Shown: positions 16,631-26,472, counted from the first letter of the stretch. The stretch is DNA of 35,024 bases from an uncultured Flavobacteriales bacterium (GCA_963933205.1 CAWVTK010000003.1:1-35024), one strand, 5' to 3'. Notes: generated by a model not told the origin, from the sequence alone. A program made the numbers and translations.

Positions 16631-18481
16631 ATGAATCAAGTTCAGCATAAACTTGAAAAGGTAACGATACTCTTCGCCGGTGATTCTGGCGATGGAATAC
16701 AATTAACCGGAACTCAATTTACAACCAATACAGCATTGTTCGGAAATGATCTGAGTACTTTTCCAGACTTTCCTGCAGAAATACGCGCCCCATTAGGAAC
16801 TGTTGCCGGAGTTTCCGGTTTTCAAATTAATTTTGGTGCAGTAGATGTATATACCCCAGGAGATCTCTGTGATGTCCTGGTCGTGATGAATGTAGCCGCC
16901 TTAAAAAAGAACTTGTCCAGACTAAAAGAGCGAGGTACGATTATCGTAAACTCCTCGGGTTTCGACAAAAGAAATCTTCGCTTAGCAGGTGTTGAAGAAG
17001 GCCAGAATCCTTTACTAAATAATAGTCTAGACGATTTTAAATTACACGAGTTTGATATAACAAAATTAACTAGAGAGAGCCTTAAAGATTCTCCTTTAGG
17101 AACTAAAGATCGAGACCGTTGCAAGAACATGTTCGTTTTAGGATTTGTTTATTGGATGTACAATCGTAATATTGATTCTTCAATAGACTTTTTAAAATCA
17201 AAATTTTCATCAAAACCAGACATCTTAAAAGCCAATATTACGGTTCTTAAGGCTGGTTATCATTTTGCCGATACCTGCGAAACATTTTCCAATCGTTTTG
17301 AGGTAAAACCTTCGAAGATGCCAAGCGGATCTTACCGAAATATAATAGGCAACCAAGCAACAGCATTAGGCTTAATTGCCGCTGCTCATAAATCTAAGCT
17401 CAATTTGTTTTACAGTGGCTATCCTATAACTCCAGCCTCAGATATCCTTCACGAACTAGCGAAACATAAAAATTTCGGAATAAAAACATTTCAAGCAGAA
17501 GATGAAATTGCAGGAATTTGCGCTGCTATTGGAGCTTCATTTGGTGGAGATTTAGCTGTTACAGCTTCTTCAGGGCCTGGAATAGCTTTAAAAGGAGAAG
17601 CACTTGGTTTAGCCATGATGTTAGAAATTCCTTTGGTTATTATAAATGTTCAAAGAGGTGGTCCTTCTACAGGATTACCAACAAAAACAGAGCAAGCAGA
17701 TCTTTTTCAAGCTATTTACGGCAGAAACGGCGAAGCTCCTATCCCAGTAATTGCTGCAGCATCTCCGTCGGACTGTTTCGATATGGCTTACGAAGCATGT
17801 CGTATTGCAATAGAACATATGACCCCAGTATTTTTACTAACAGATGGTTATATTGCAAACGGTGCAGAACCATGGAGGTATCCTAAAAAGGATGAGTTGA
17901 AACCGATAGAGGTAAGTTTTGCGAAGGAAAGAGCAGAAACTGAAGCACCCTATCTACCTTACAAACGAAATAAAAAATTGGTTCGTGAATGGGCGCTACC
18001 CGGAACAAAGGGAACAGAGCATAGATTGGGTGGCTTAGAGAAGGACAAAGAAACAGGAAATGTATCTTACGATCCCGATAACCATCAGTTTATGGTTAAA
18101 GTTAGAGCCGAAAAAATCGCTAAAATAGCAGACTATATACCTGAGCAAGAATTTGATACAGGTTCTGTAAACTCAAAAGTATTGGTTTTAGGTTGGGGCT
18201 CCACATATGGCTCAATAAAAACAGTTGTTAGAACTTTAGCAGTTGAAGGATTTGATGTAGCCCATGCTCACATCAAATACATACAACCAATGCCTAGGAA
18301 TTTAGGCGACCTATTAGCAAACTTCGACAAAATCTTGATTCCTGAAATGAACAACGGGCAGCTTATTACCCTTATTAGAGATCAATATTTGGTTGATGCA
18401 AAACCTTTGAATAAAATTAAAGGCGTTCCATTTGAATCCAGAGAAATAAAAGAAGCAATCCTAAATATGTTGAAGCAATAA
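16631..18481 (+). CDS. korA: 2-oxoacid:ferredoxin oxidoreductase, alpha subunit (gamma-alpha fusion)
   Basis: AGDSGDG, YPITP, QAEDEIA, SSGPG, QRGGPSTGLPT, EMNNGQ; 2-oxoacid specificity not certain. Confidence 0.9.
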   Translation: MNQVQHKLEKVTILFAGDSGDGIQLTGTQFTTNTALFGNDLSTFPDFPAEIRAPLGTVAGVSGFQINFGAVDVYTPGDLCDVLVVMNVAALKKNLSRLKERGTIIVNSSGFDKRNLRLAGVEEGQNPLLNNSLDDFKLHEFDITKLTRESLKDSPLGTKDRDRCKNMFVLGFVYWMYNRNIDSSIDFLKSKFSSKPDILKANITVLKAGYHFADTCETFSNRFEVKPSKMPSGSYRNIIGNQATALGLIAAAHKSKLNLFYSGYPITPASDILHELAKHKNFGIKTFQAEDEIAGICAAIGASFGGDLAVTASSGPGIALKGEALGLAMMLEIPLVIINVQRGGPSTGLPTKTEQADLFQAIYGRNGEAPIPVIAAASPSDCFDMAYEACRIAIEHMTPVFLLTDGYIANGAEPWRYPKKDELKPIEVSFAKERAETEAPYLPYKRNKKLVREWALPGTKGTEHRLGGLEKDKETGNVSYDPDNHQFMVKVRAEKIAKIADYIPEQEFDTGSVNSKVLVLGWGSTYGSIKTVVRTLAVEGFDVAHAHIKYIQPMPRNLGDLLANFDKILIPEMNNGQLITLIRDQYLVDAKPLNKIKGVPFESREIKEAILNMLKQ

Positions 18482-18483
18482 TT

Positions 18484-19530
18484 ATGGCTGAAGCAAAAGA
18501 CATACAAGAAGAAGTAAAGAAGCTAAGTGCTAAAGACTTCGTAAGCGATCAAGACATTAGATGGTGCCCCGGTTGTGGCGATTATTCTATTCTGAAACAA
18601 GTACAGGGCATTATGCCCGAATTGGGTATCCCCAAAGAAGACATCGTATTTGTTTCTGGAATTGGCTGTTCATCGCGATTTCCGTATTATATGAATACTT
18701 ATGGCATGCACTCCATACACGGAAGAGCTACGGCTGTTGCCAGCGGACTTAAAGCGGCACGTCCTGATTTAAGTGTATGGTTGGTTACAGGAGATGGCGA
18801 TGCGCTTTCTATTGGAGGTAACCACTTAATTCATCTTTTAAGACGGAATTTTAACTTAAACATACTCTTGTTTAATAACCAGATTTATGGTTTAACAAAG
18901 GGTCAGTATTCTCCTACATCCGAATTAGGAAAAAAAACAAAATCTACTCCAATGGGATCTATTGATCATCCATTTAACCCCTTGGCTCTTTGTATGGGCG
19001 CTGAAGCGACTTTTATAGCTAGAGGGATTGATAGAGAACCCAAACAAATGCGTGCTATTTTAATGCGCGCCGAGCAGCATAAAGGCACCTCTTTGGTAGA
19101 AATCTACCAAAACTGTAACATCTTTAACGATGGCGCTTTTGGTGGTTTTACCGACAAGCAAATGAAAAAAGAAAACAGCCTCTATTTAGAACATAATAGG
19201 CCTCTTGTTTTTGGAGCCAAAGAAGATAAAGGAATTGTTTTAGATGGGTTTAACCCTCGTATAGTTGACCTTACTTCTGGAGAATACACCAAGGAAGACT
19301 TATGGATACACGATGAAAAGTGCAGAAATAAAGCCAATATTTTAACTCGTTTCTTCGACGATCCTTCAAATGAAAACGCATTTCCAAGACCTTTTGGTGT
19401 GTTTTATCAAGAAGATCGCTTTAGATACGAAGAGGCTATGGGCGAACAACTGCAATTTATGAAAGAACATAAAGGCCAACCCGATTTAGATAAATTGCTC
19501 GCAGGACCCAACTCCTGGGAAGTAGAATAA
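18484..19530 (+). CDS. korB: 2-oxoacid:ferredoxin oxidoreductase, beta subunit
   Basis: WCPGCGD, SGIGCSSR, HGRA, ThDP motif GDGD...NNQIYGLTKGQ. Confidence 0.9.
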   Translation: MAEAKDIQEEVKKLSAKDFVSDQDIRWCPGCGDYSILKQVQGIMPELGIPKEDIVFVSGIGCSSRFPYYMNTYGMHSIHGRATAVASGLKAARPDLSVWLVTGDGDALSIGGNHLIHLLRRNFNLNILLFNNQIYGLTKGQYSPTSELGKKTKSTPMGSIDHPFNPLALCMGAEATFIARGIDREPKQMRAILMRAEQHKGTSLVEIYQNCNIFNDGAFGGFTDKQMKKENSLYLEHNRPLVFGAKEDKGIVLDGFNPRIVDLTSGEYTKEDLWIHDEKCRNKANILTRFFDDPSNENAFPRPFGVFYQEDRFRYEEAMGEQLQFMKEHKGQPDLDKLLAGPNSWEVE

Positions 19531-19574
19531 GACAAAAAAAGCTCGCGATTTATCGCGAGCTTTTTTTGTCTTAT
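19527..19574. terminator. Bidirectional intrinsic terminator (23-bp perfect inverted repeat)
   Basis: ATAAGACAAAAAAAGCTCGCGAT-TT-ATCGCGAGCTTTTTTTGTCTTAT. Confidence 0.92.
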
Positions 19575-19717
19575 CCTGCTGTTGTATCTTAACTATTATA
19601 TCGTACCTTTTTAAGAAATTCATTAGACCTTTCTGACAGCTAACACATGGAGTTAAAAACTTTACAAATATAAACGACTAGAAAATCTAGTAATAAACAT
19701 AGTTTAATACATGATTT

Positions 19718-20815
19718 ATGGGTGATAAAAAACATATAGAAACTAAATTTACCTCTGCAGAATTAAACAGACTAGATCTTCCTGTTGCTAATTTTGAAAA
19801 GAAAAACATACAATTAGAAGAGGTTCTTTTAAAAATGAATGAGCTGCAAAATGCCTTAGACTCCTCTTCAATTGTAGCCATTACCAATGCTAGAGGTATG
19901 CTTACTTATGTAAATGATAAGTTTTGCGAGATATCAAATTATTCTAGATCAGAATTGTATGGAAAAAATCATTCTATCGTAAGCTCTGGTGACCATGCAA
20001 AAAGTTTTTGGGCTGAAATGTGGCAAACCATTAGTACAGGGAAGGTTTGGAACGCTGAAGTTAAAAATGTAGGGAAAAAATTAGAAATTTATTGGGTTGA
20101 CATGACCATTGTACCTTACTTAAATGAAAGGAATGTGCCCTATAAGTATATAGCTATTCAAAGAGATATTACCGAAAAAAAAATATCCGATCAAAGAATA
20201 CTGAGCTCTATTATTAAAGATCAAGAACACGATCGTGAGATTTTTGCCGAAGATTTACATGAAGGTTTAGCCCAGGCACTTGCAGGCTTAATGATGCAGG
20301 TTGGTATTATAGAATTTAAAACTCAAGAGATTAAAGATGTAGAATTACAAGCCTCTATAAAATTCATAAAAAGTTACATTGAAGAAAGTATTGACAATAC
20401 TCGAATTATGGCTTCGAGTTTAATGCCTCGTACGATGATTAAATATGGAATTGAACCCTCCCTAAGGTCTTATATTTCTTCAATCCAGAAAGAAGGAAGG
20501 AGGTACATACAATTCAAATGTAAAATTCTTACTCCTGTAGATAAAGACTCAGAGATTACACTTTACCGTACTATTATAGCAGCAATGGCTAAATTTAGAA
20601 ACAACGATATTATAAGTATAGTTATTTTTGTATCGAGCGGAGAAAACTCTTGTTTAATAGCTACTATAGATGTTAAGTCTACTAAAGAATATTTAGATGC
20701 CTGTAGTTTTCAAAACTTAGGTTTTGAATCCAATAAAAAAAGAATAGAATCCTTGGGAGGTTACTTCAGACTGCAAAAACTAAACTCTCTACTTAGAATA
20801 AGCATAAAACTGTAA
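19718..20815 (+). CDS. Cytoplasmic PAS/PAC protein with HisKA_3-like helix and degenerate HATPase domain
   Basis: PAS YVNDKFCEISNYSRSELYGKNH...MWQTISTGKVW; PAC RDITEKK; AEDLHEGLAQ H box; IESLGG. Confidence 0.75.
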   Translation: MGDKKHIETKFTSAELNRLDLPVANFEKKNIQLEEVLLKMNELQNALDSSSIVAITNARGMLTYVNDKFCEISNYSRSELYGKNHSIVSSGDHAKSFWAEMWQTISTGKVWNAEVKNVGKKLEIYWVDMTIVPYLNERNVPYKYIAIQRDITEKKISDQRILSSIIKDQEHDREIFAEDLHEGLAQALAGLMMQVGIIEFKTQEIKDVELQASIKFIKSYIEESIDNTRIMASSLMPRTMIKYGIEPSLRSYISSIQKEGRRYIQFKCKILTPVDKDSEITLYRTIIAAMAKFRNNDIISIVIFVSSGENSCLIATIDVKSTKEYLDACSFQNLGFESNKKRIESLGGYFRLQKLNSLLRISIKL

Positions 20816-20905
20816 AATGACTTGGGGTAGTTTTTAAGTACTATTCCTTAAAATAGATGTTCTCCATTTTAGATTTACTCCTGTAATGCCTCTTAATGCG
20901 TAAGT

Positions 20906-21688
20906 TTAGTCGTGTTTTAATTCACTTGGGATTCTGCAAACAGGAATTGCTTGCATTTTATGTAAATTGGCTTCATGTAATTTAGAGAAAATATCAAAAA
21001 CAATTTGCTCCCTACCATCATACTTGTTTTCCGATGATTTTTCATAAGCATGCATTGCCCACTCTAATTCTACATAAGTTGCTCCTAATTGATCTTCATC
21101 AGTTCTCCCATCTGCCCACAAACCATCTGTAGGGGCTGCTTGCCTAATGGAGTTAACAATATTAAGCTTTTCGGCAATGGTATAAATTTCAGATTTCATT
21201 AAATCAGCAATTGGACTTAGGTCTACTCCTCCATCTCCATACTTGGTGAAAAACCCAACACCGAAATCTTCTATTTTATTTCCAGTTCCCGCAACAAGCA
21301 TTTTATGAGCTCCTGCATAGGTGTAAAGCGTGGTCATTCTAAGCCTAGCCCTAGTGTTTGCCATTGTTAAGTCTCCTTTAACATTTGCTGGTAACTGCGC
21401 CGAAAGAGCATCAAAAGTACTTGTTAAGTTAACTTCACAAACACGTACATTTTCAAATGTATTTAGCAGCCAAGTAGTGTGTTCTTTAGAGCGCTCAAAC
21501 TCCATTTGATGTTGATGTATTGGCATTAGAATACACAGCACCTTTTTCTTCGTTAAAGCACAAAGTGTAGAGGTAACTGCAGAATCTATTCCGCCAGAAA
21601 TACCTACAACAAATCCATCTGTATTCGATTTTTCGCTGTAAGTTTTAAGCCAATTTGTAATGTATGTAATACTATCTGCTGTCTTCAT
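20906..21688 (-). CDS. nadE: NH3-dependent NAD+ synthetase
   Basis: GISGGIDSAV, NTRARLRM, GFFTKYGDG, PTDGL, TDEDQLG; start MKTADS chosen because the -7 element (21708-21715, minus strand) abuts the upstream ATG. Confidence 0.95.
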   Translation of the reverse strand: MKTADSITYITNWLKTYSEKSNTDGFVVGISGGIDSAVTSTLCALTKKKVLCILMPIHQHQMEFERSKEHTTWLLNTFENVRVCEVNLTSTFDALSAQLPANVKGDLTMANTRARLRMTTLYTYAGAHKMLVAGTGNKIEDFGVGFFTKYGDGGVDLSPIADLMKSEIYTIAEKLNIVNSIRQAAPTDGLWADGRTDEDQLGATYVELEWAMHAYEKSSENKYDGREQIVFDIFSKLHEANLHKMQAIPVCRIPSELKHD

Positions 21689-21800
21689 GTTTTTGATATA
21701 GGGCATGCAAATTTACGAAAAAAGTTTTTCTACGATTAATTCCTTTTACTTAATACTATCTTGTAACGTTTATTATTTTTACAACTTATTATATTCTTAA

Positions 21801-22775
21801 ATGATGCGAGCACATATTGTCTATTTTTTACTTTTTCTGTTTTTAGTCTCATGCGATTCTGTTCGTATTCCTGAGGTCTCATCAGACGATTCTAAAATTG
21901 AGATTAATCACTTTGATCATTCCTTTTTTAACATGGACAGTAGTCATCTATTACTCAGCTTGGATTCATTAAACCTGCAATTTCCTGAGTTCTTTGACTC
22001 GGGCCAAAAAAGAACAGCACTCATAAAGCGTTACCAAGATCCAAAAATAAGAGAATTATTTAATGCGGTCGATTCTGTCTTTTCAGATACGCTTGCTCTA
22101 AACAAAGAAATTACCCAAAGCTTTAAGTATTTTCATCATTACTTCCCGGCTCATGACAGTTTGCAAGTATACACTTGGGTCTCAAATTTCGAGTCCTTAA
22201 GTCCCATTACAGTTTCAGGGAATACCTTACTCATTGCACTAGATTTCTATCTGGGAACAAATTCTAGGTTTTATAAGTCAGCTCCTCAGTATCTTAAAGA
22301 TGGATTTGATAAGCGCTATTTAATCTCAGATATAATGCAGCTTTATTTCCAATCAAACCTCCCATTTTCAAAAGAAAACACACTGCTTTCTTCCATGTTG
22401 TATTACGGTAAAATTCATTACCTAAGCTCCTTAATGATTCCTTACCAAAAAAGTGAAATAGTACTAAAATATACACCAGCTAAAATGCAATGGTGCATAG
22501 CAAACGAGGGGAATGTATGGGCCTATTTTGTAGAAAACAATTTATTGTTTTCGAGCCAACATCAAAACAAACAGCGCTTTATAGAAGAGGCTCCTTTCTC
22601 CAAGTTTTACACCGAATTTGACACTCAAACTCCTGGAAGAATAGGTCAATGGATTGGGTGGAGGATTATAGAATCGTATATGAAGTCTCACCCAGAAAAG
22701 AGCTTAACAGACCTAATTAACGAGCAGGATGCTCAAAAGATACTAAGAGAATCACGTTATAAACCAAAACAGTAA
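21801..22775 (+). CDS. gldB: Gliding motility lipoprotein GldB
   Basis: Lipobox LVSC; LDFYLG; MLYYGK; RFIEEAPFSKFY; PGRIGQWIGWRI; ILRESRYKP; lies between nadE and gldC. Confidence 0.85.
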   Translation: MMRAHIVYFLLFLFLVSCDSVRIPEVSSDDSKIEINHFDHSFFNMDSSHLLLSLDSLNLQFPEFFDSGQKRTALIKRYQDPKIRELFNAVDSVFSDTLALNKEITQSFKYFHHYFPAHDSLQVYTWVSNFESLSPITVSGNTLLIALDFYLGTNSRFYKSAPQYLKDGFDKRYLISDIMQLYFQSNLPFSKENTLLSSMLYYGKIHYLSSLMIPYQKSEIVLKYTPAKMQWCIANEGNVWAYFVENNLLFSSQHQNKQRFIEEAPFSKFYTEFDTQTPGRIGQWIGWRIIESYMKSHPEKSLTDLINEQDAQKILRESRYKPKQ

Positions 22776-22776
22776 G

Positions 22777-23118
22777 ATGAAAGAGTCGGAAATTAAAATA
22801 AAAATTAGTCTAGACGAGAATAAAGTACCGGAACAAATTTTTTGGACAGCAGAAGATGCTGGAGAAGTAAATCAAAAATCTGAGGCAGTGCTCATTTCTC
22901 TTTGGGACGCCGAAAAACAAAATTCTTTACGAATAGATTTGTGGACAAAGGAAATGAAAGTAGATGAAATGAAGACCTTCTTTCATCAAACACTAACTGC
23001 AATGACCGATACATTTGAACGTGCCACAGGCGACGAAAAAATGGCTGAAGACATGCGCAGGTTTTGCCAATACTTTGCCGAAGAATTAAAATTGGTACAG
23101 GATATAAAAAAGAATTAA
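22777..23118 (+). CDS. gldC: Gliding motility protein GldC
   Basis: LDENKVPE, LRIDLWTKEM, FFHQTL, RATGDEKM. Confidence 0.92.
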   Translation: MKESEIKIKISLDENKVPEQIFWTAEDAGEVNQKSEAVLISLWDAEKQNSLRIDLWTKEMKVDEMKTFFHQTLTAMTDTFERATGDEKMAEDMRRFCQYFAEELKLVQDIKKN

Positions 23119-23178
23119 ACCGGGTACTGCAAATTAGTTGTAAGAGGTTTGACTAGAGTAATTTGTAAAACAAAAACT

Positions 23179-23787
23179 TTACAGCTTCCCTTTTACGGCT
23201 TCATTTGTAGCATCTATAAACTTAAGAATTTCCATTTTACCTAAGCCACTTTCTGCAGAACTCATAAAACACTGAGGAACTTCTTCCCAAGTTTTTAGCA
23301 TTTCTAATTTGTATTTACCCAAATTTTTATTGAGTTGAGAGCTGGACAATTTATCCATTTTTGTAAAAATAATTACAAAAGGAATTCCTTTGTTTCCCAG
23401 CCATTCCATAAATAGCATGTCTATTTTTTGAGGATCATGTCGAGAATCAATCAATACAAAAGTACAAATCAAGTTCTCACGATTCTCCAGGTAATCGTAA
23501 ATAAATTTCGCGAATATAGATCTGTCTTTCTTAGAAACCTTGGCATAGCCATACCCAGGTAAATCTACCAGAAACCAATCTTTATTAATCTTAAAATGAT
23601 TAATTAATTGAGTTTTTCCGGGTCTTCCAGAAGTTTTAGCTAGCGATTTCCGGCTAGTCAGCATGTTGATTAATGATGACTTGCCCACATTAGAACGGCC
23701 AATAAATGCGTACTCAGGTATGCGCTCTTTTGGACATTTTTCAAGATCGGTATTACTGATAACAAATTCAGCACTGTTAATTTTCAT
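23179..23787 (-). CDS. yihA: Ribosome biogenesis GTPase YihA/YsxC (EngB)
   Basis: GRSNVGKS, PGKTQ, DLPGYG, TKMD. Confidence 0.95.
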   Translation of the reverse strand: MKINSAEFVISNTDLEKCPKERIPEYAFIGRSNVGKSSLINMLTSRKSLAKTSGRPGKTQLINHFKINKDWFLVDLPGYGYAKVSKKDRSIFAKFIYDYLENRENLICTFVLIDSRHDPQKIDMLFMEWLGNKGIPFVIIFTKMDKLSSSQLNKNLGKYKLEMLKTWEEVPQCFMSSAESGLGKMEILKFIDATNEAVKGKL

Positions 23788-23788
23788 C

Positions 23789-24550
23789 TTACTGATGCTT
23801 CTTTAACCAGGCAACACAGGTATTTGCAAAATCTACTGGATGCTCCATCATAGGGGCATGACCACATTTTGAAAACCAAAACAACTCGGAATTAGGTAAC
23901 AATCGATGAAACTCATTTGCAACTTCAGGAGGTGTAACAGCATCATCTTCTCCCCAAAGCAAGCACACAGGTAGTGTCATGTTTGGAAGATCCTTACCCA
24001 TGTTATGGCGTATTGCAGACTTAGCAATTGCTAAAATTCGTAATATCTTCTCTCTTGAGTTTACAGAGTCAAACACCTCATCTACCAATTCCTTGGTAGC
24101 AACGGCCGGATCGTAAAATACATCCTGTGTCTTCTCTTTAATGTAAGAATAATCTTCCCTGCGAGGAAAAGAGTCGCCCATAGCTTTTTCATACAAGCCC
24201 GAAGAACCCGTAAGCATTAAGTTCTTTACTAGTTCTGGATGATTTTTTGTATAAATTAATCCTACATGACCACCCAAGGAATTGCCTAAAAGTGTTACAT
24301 CTTTAAGTTTTAAATCCACAATGAAAGTTTCTAAAAACCTAGAAATACCTTTTGCACTCGTTTTTAAAAGAGGTAAGGTGTATATAGGTAATGAGGGGAT
24401 TACCACTCTGTAGCCAGCTTCGGCTATAATTCTGGAGGTTTTTTCGAAGTTACTTAAAGCACCCATCAAGCCATGTAAGAACACTATTACAGGTCCTTGC
24501 CCAATGGTTACGTATTCGTAAGTACCATCTTTTACTATTTCGTACTTCAT
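23789..24550 (-). CDS. Alpha/beta fold hydrolase
   Basis: FLHG oxyanion motif, GNSLGG nucleophile elbow, WGEDD, CGHAP; ATG 24550 lies downstream of the -7 element at 24569-24576 (minus strand). Confidence 0.9.
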   Translation of the reverse strand: MKYEIVKDGTYEYVTIGQGPVIVFLHGLMGALSNFEKTSRIIAEAGYRVVIPSLPIYTLPLLKTSAKGISRFLETFIVDLKLKDVTLLGNSLGGHVGLIYTKNHPELVKNLMLTGSSGLYEKAMGDSFPRREDYSYIKEKTQDVFYDPAVATKELVDEVFDSVNSREKILRILAIAKSAIRHNMGKDLPNMTLPVCLLWGEDDAVTPPEVANEFHRLLPNSELFWFSKCGHAPMMEHPVDFANTCVAWLKKHQ

Positions 24551-24696
24551 ATTTGAAATTTTACAATGCAAAAATACTGAATATATACTTAAGTCTTGTA
24601 CGATGCTCCTCCGACCTTTTTTTCATTTCCACTCATCTGCCTGAAATACTCTTTTTTCTCCTTATTTACTTGATTATAAGTAAAGTTATTAACATG

Positions 24697-24730
24697 GTGG
24701 TAAAATGTGGATAAAAGTGGTATATATTTG
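24697..24730 (+). promoter_or_regulatory. MraZ-binding repeats (3 x GTGG, 10-bp period) plus -7 element of the dcw promoter
   Basis: GTGGtaaaatGTGGataaaaGTGGta-TATATTTG. Confidence 0.8.
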
Positions 24731-24756
24731 TATTCTATAAAAATTAAGCATATAAA

Positions 24757-25227
24757 GTGAAGAATTTAATCGGAATGTACGAATGTAGAGCTGATGCCAA
24801 AGGGCGTTTAATGCTTCCTGCTGGCCTAAAAAAACAGTTAGCTGCAGAGCTCCTGGAAGGTTTTGTATTAAAACGGTCTGTATTCAACACCTGCTTAGAG
24901 CTACACCCAATGGCCGGTTGGAATTTAATTATGGATGATGTGAACAAGCTAAATCGTTTTGTGAAAAAGAATAACGATTTCATTAGAATGTTTACAGCAG
25001 GCGTTCGAGTGGTTGAGGCAGATAGCACCTCTAGAATACAGATACCGAAAGACCTGATTAATTTCGCTGGAATTGACAAGCAGATGGTTTTGGCCTCTGT
25101 GGGGAGTATTGTAGAAATTTGGGACAAGGACCAATACGAGCGCATGCTTAACCAAGGTGCTGAAGAATTTGGCAACTTGGCAGAGCAGGTTATGGGAACT
25201 CCCAACAAATCTACAGCGCATGAGTAA
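24757..25227 (+). CDS. mraZ: Transcriptional repressor MraZ
   Basis: DAKGRL and DSTSRIQIP repeats, VEIWD; GTG start. Confidence 0.93.
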   Translation: MKNLIGMYECRADAKGRLMLPAGLKKQLAAELLEGFVLKRSVFNTCLELHPMAGWNLIMDDVNKLNRFVKKNNDFIRMFTAGVRVVEADSTSRIQIPKDLINFAGIDKQMVLASVGSIVEIWDKDQYERMLNQGAEEFGNLAEQVMGTPNKSTAHE

Positions 25228-26119
25228 GTACCACGACCCCGTATTATTAGCCGAATGTTTGGACGGTTTAAATATTAATCCAAAAGGAACTTACGTTGAT
25301 GTTACTTTTGGTGGAGGAGGTCATTCTAGATCTATAGTTTCAAAACTCAGCACAGGTCATTTATATGCCTTCGATCAAGATGATGATGCTTTAAAAAACG
25401 AAATAAAGGACGATAGATTTACCTTAATAAATGCAAATTTCAAGTACTTAAAAGGTTCGTTGAGAATGTATGGAGTTAAAAAAATTGATGGACTTTTAGC
25501 CGATTTAGGTGTTTCTTCTCATCAGTTTGACGTACCAGACAGAGGCTTTTCTACTCGCTTCGAAGCGGATTTGGATATGCGAATGGACCAGAATGCAGCC
25601 TTAAATGCCTATAAAGTAATTAACGAATATACTCAAGAAGATTTACGAAATATCTTGAAGTTTTATGGGGAGCTAAAGCGCCCGGGTACTGTTGCCCGAA
25701 TAATTTGTGAAGCAAGAATAAACGGGCCTATATCTACCGTTAGTGAATTGAAAAGTTTGCTCAAACCTTTTACGCCTGCCATGCTCGAAAATAAATTTTT
25801 TGCTCAGGTTTTTCAAGCCATTCGTATTGAGGTTAACGACGAGCTTAATGTTTTAAAAGAAATGTTGTTGCAAGCAACAGACGTATTAAACCCAGGAGGT
25901 AGATTAGTGGTAATATCTTATCATTCTTTAGAAGACCGCTTGGTAAAAAACTTAATACAAAAAGGAAATTTTGAAGGTGAGTTAGCACAAGACTTTTACG
26001 GCAACAAAATTTTAAGCTTTAAAAAGATAAGTAAAAAACCAATACTGCCATCAAAAGAAGAAATAGAGCGAAATAACCGCGCCCGTAGTGCAAAATTACG
26101 CGTAGCAGAAAAATTATAG
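25220..26119 (+). CDS. rsmH: 16S rRNA (C1402-N4)-methyltransferase
   Basis: HDPVL, DVTFGGGGHS, DLGVSSHQ, FQAIRIEVN, SYHSLEDR, RARSAKLR; start at MSKYH. Confidence 0.96.
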   Translation: MSKYHDPVLLAECLDGLNINPKGTYVDVTFGGGGHSRSIVSKLSTGHLYAFDQDDDALKNEIKDDRFTLINANFKYLKGSLRMYGVKKIDGLLADLGVSSHQFDVPDRGFSTRFEADLDMRMDQNAALNAYKVINEYTQEDLRNILKFYGELKRPGTVARIICEARINGPISTVSELKSLLKPFTPAMLENKFFAQVFQAIRIEVNDELNVLKEMLLQATDVLNPGGRLVVISYHSLEDRLVKNLIQKGNFEGELAQDFYGNKILSFKKISKKPILPSKEEIERNNRARSAKLRVAEKL

Positions 26120-26121
26120 TC

Positions 26122-26469
26122 TTGACAAAATCGAAGTGGAATATATTGTTTAATGCATTTGGAAGTAGAGCTAAAGAGTTCTATCAAAATAAACTTGCTC
26201 CAAACAAATTAATTGCTAGCTCATGGAGCATGATTTTGTTTTTTTCCACTTTAGCGATTTTGGTTATTTACAGCTCCCATCAGATAGACCGTAAAGTATT
26301 TAAAATTAGCAAGCTTAGTGAGCAGTTAAAAGATTTACGCTCAAAACACATCGACATGAGAACAAAACTAATGTCGCTAAGTAAGCCCACAAAAGTAGCA
26401 GAAGACTTAAAAGCAATGGGTCTTTCGGAACCTACCAAAGCGCCATTTAAAATTAAATTTTCCGAATAA
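26122..26469 (+). CDS. ftsL: FtsL-like cell division protein
   Basis: One TM helix plus coiled coil, located between rsmH and ftsI; start codon uncertain. Confidence 0.75.
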   Translation: MTKSKWNILFNAFGSRAKEFYQNKLAPNKLIASSWSMILFFSTLAILVIYSSHQIDRKVFKISKLSEQLKDLRSKHIDMRTKLMSLSKPTKVAEDLKAMGLSEPTKAPFKIKFSE

Positions 26470-26472
26470 GTA

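Noticed and set aside
17518-17886. Alternate-frame and antisense ORFs in the track (e.g. 480..665, 8283..8588, 15801..15992, 17518..17886, 24744..25208, 30570..30872)
   Set aside because: All lie largely or wholly within well-supported genes and show no motifs; shadow ORFs
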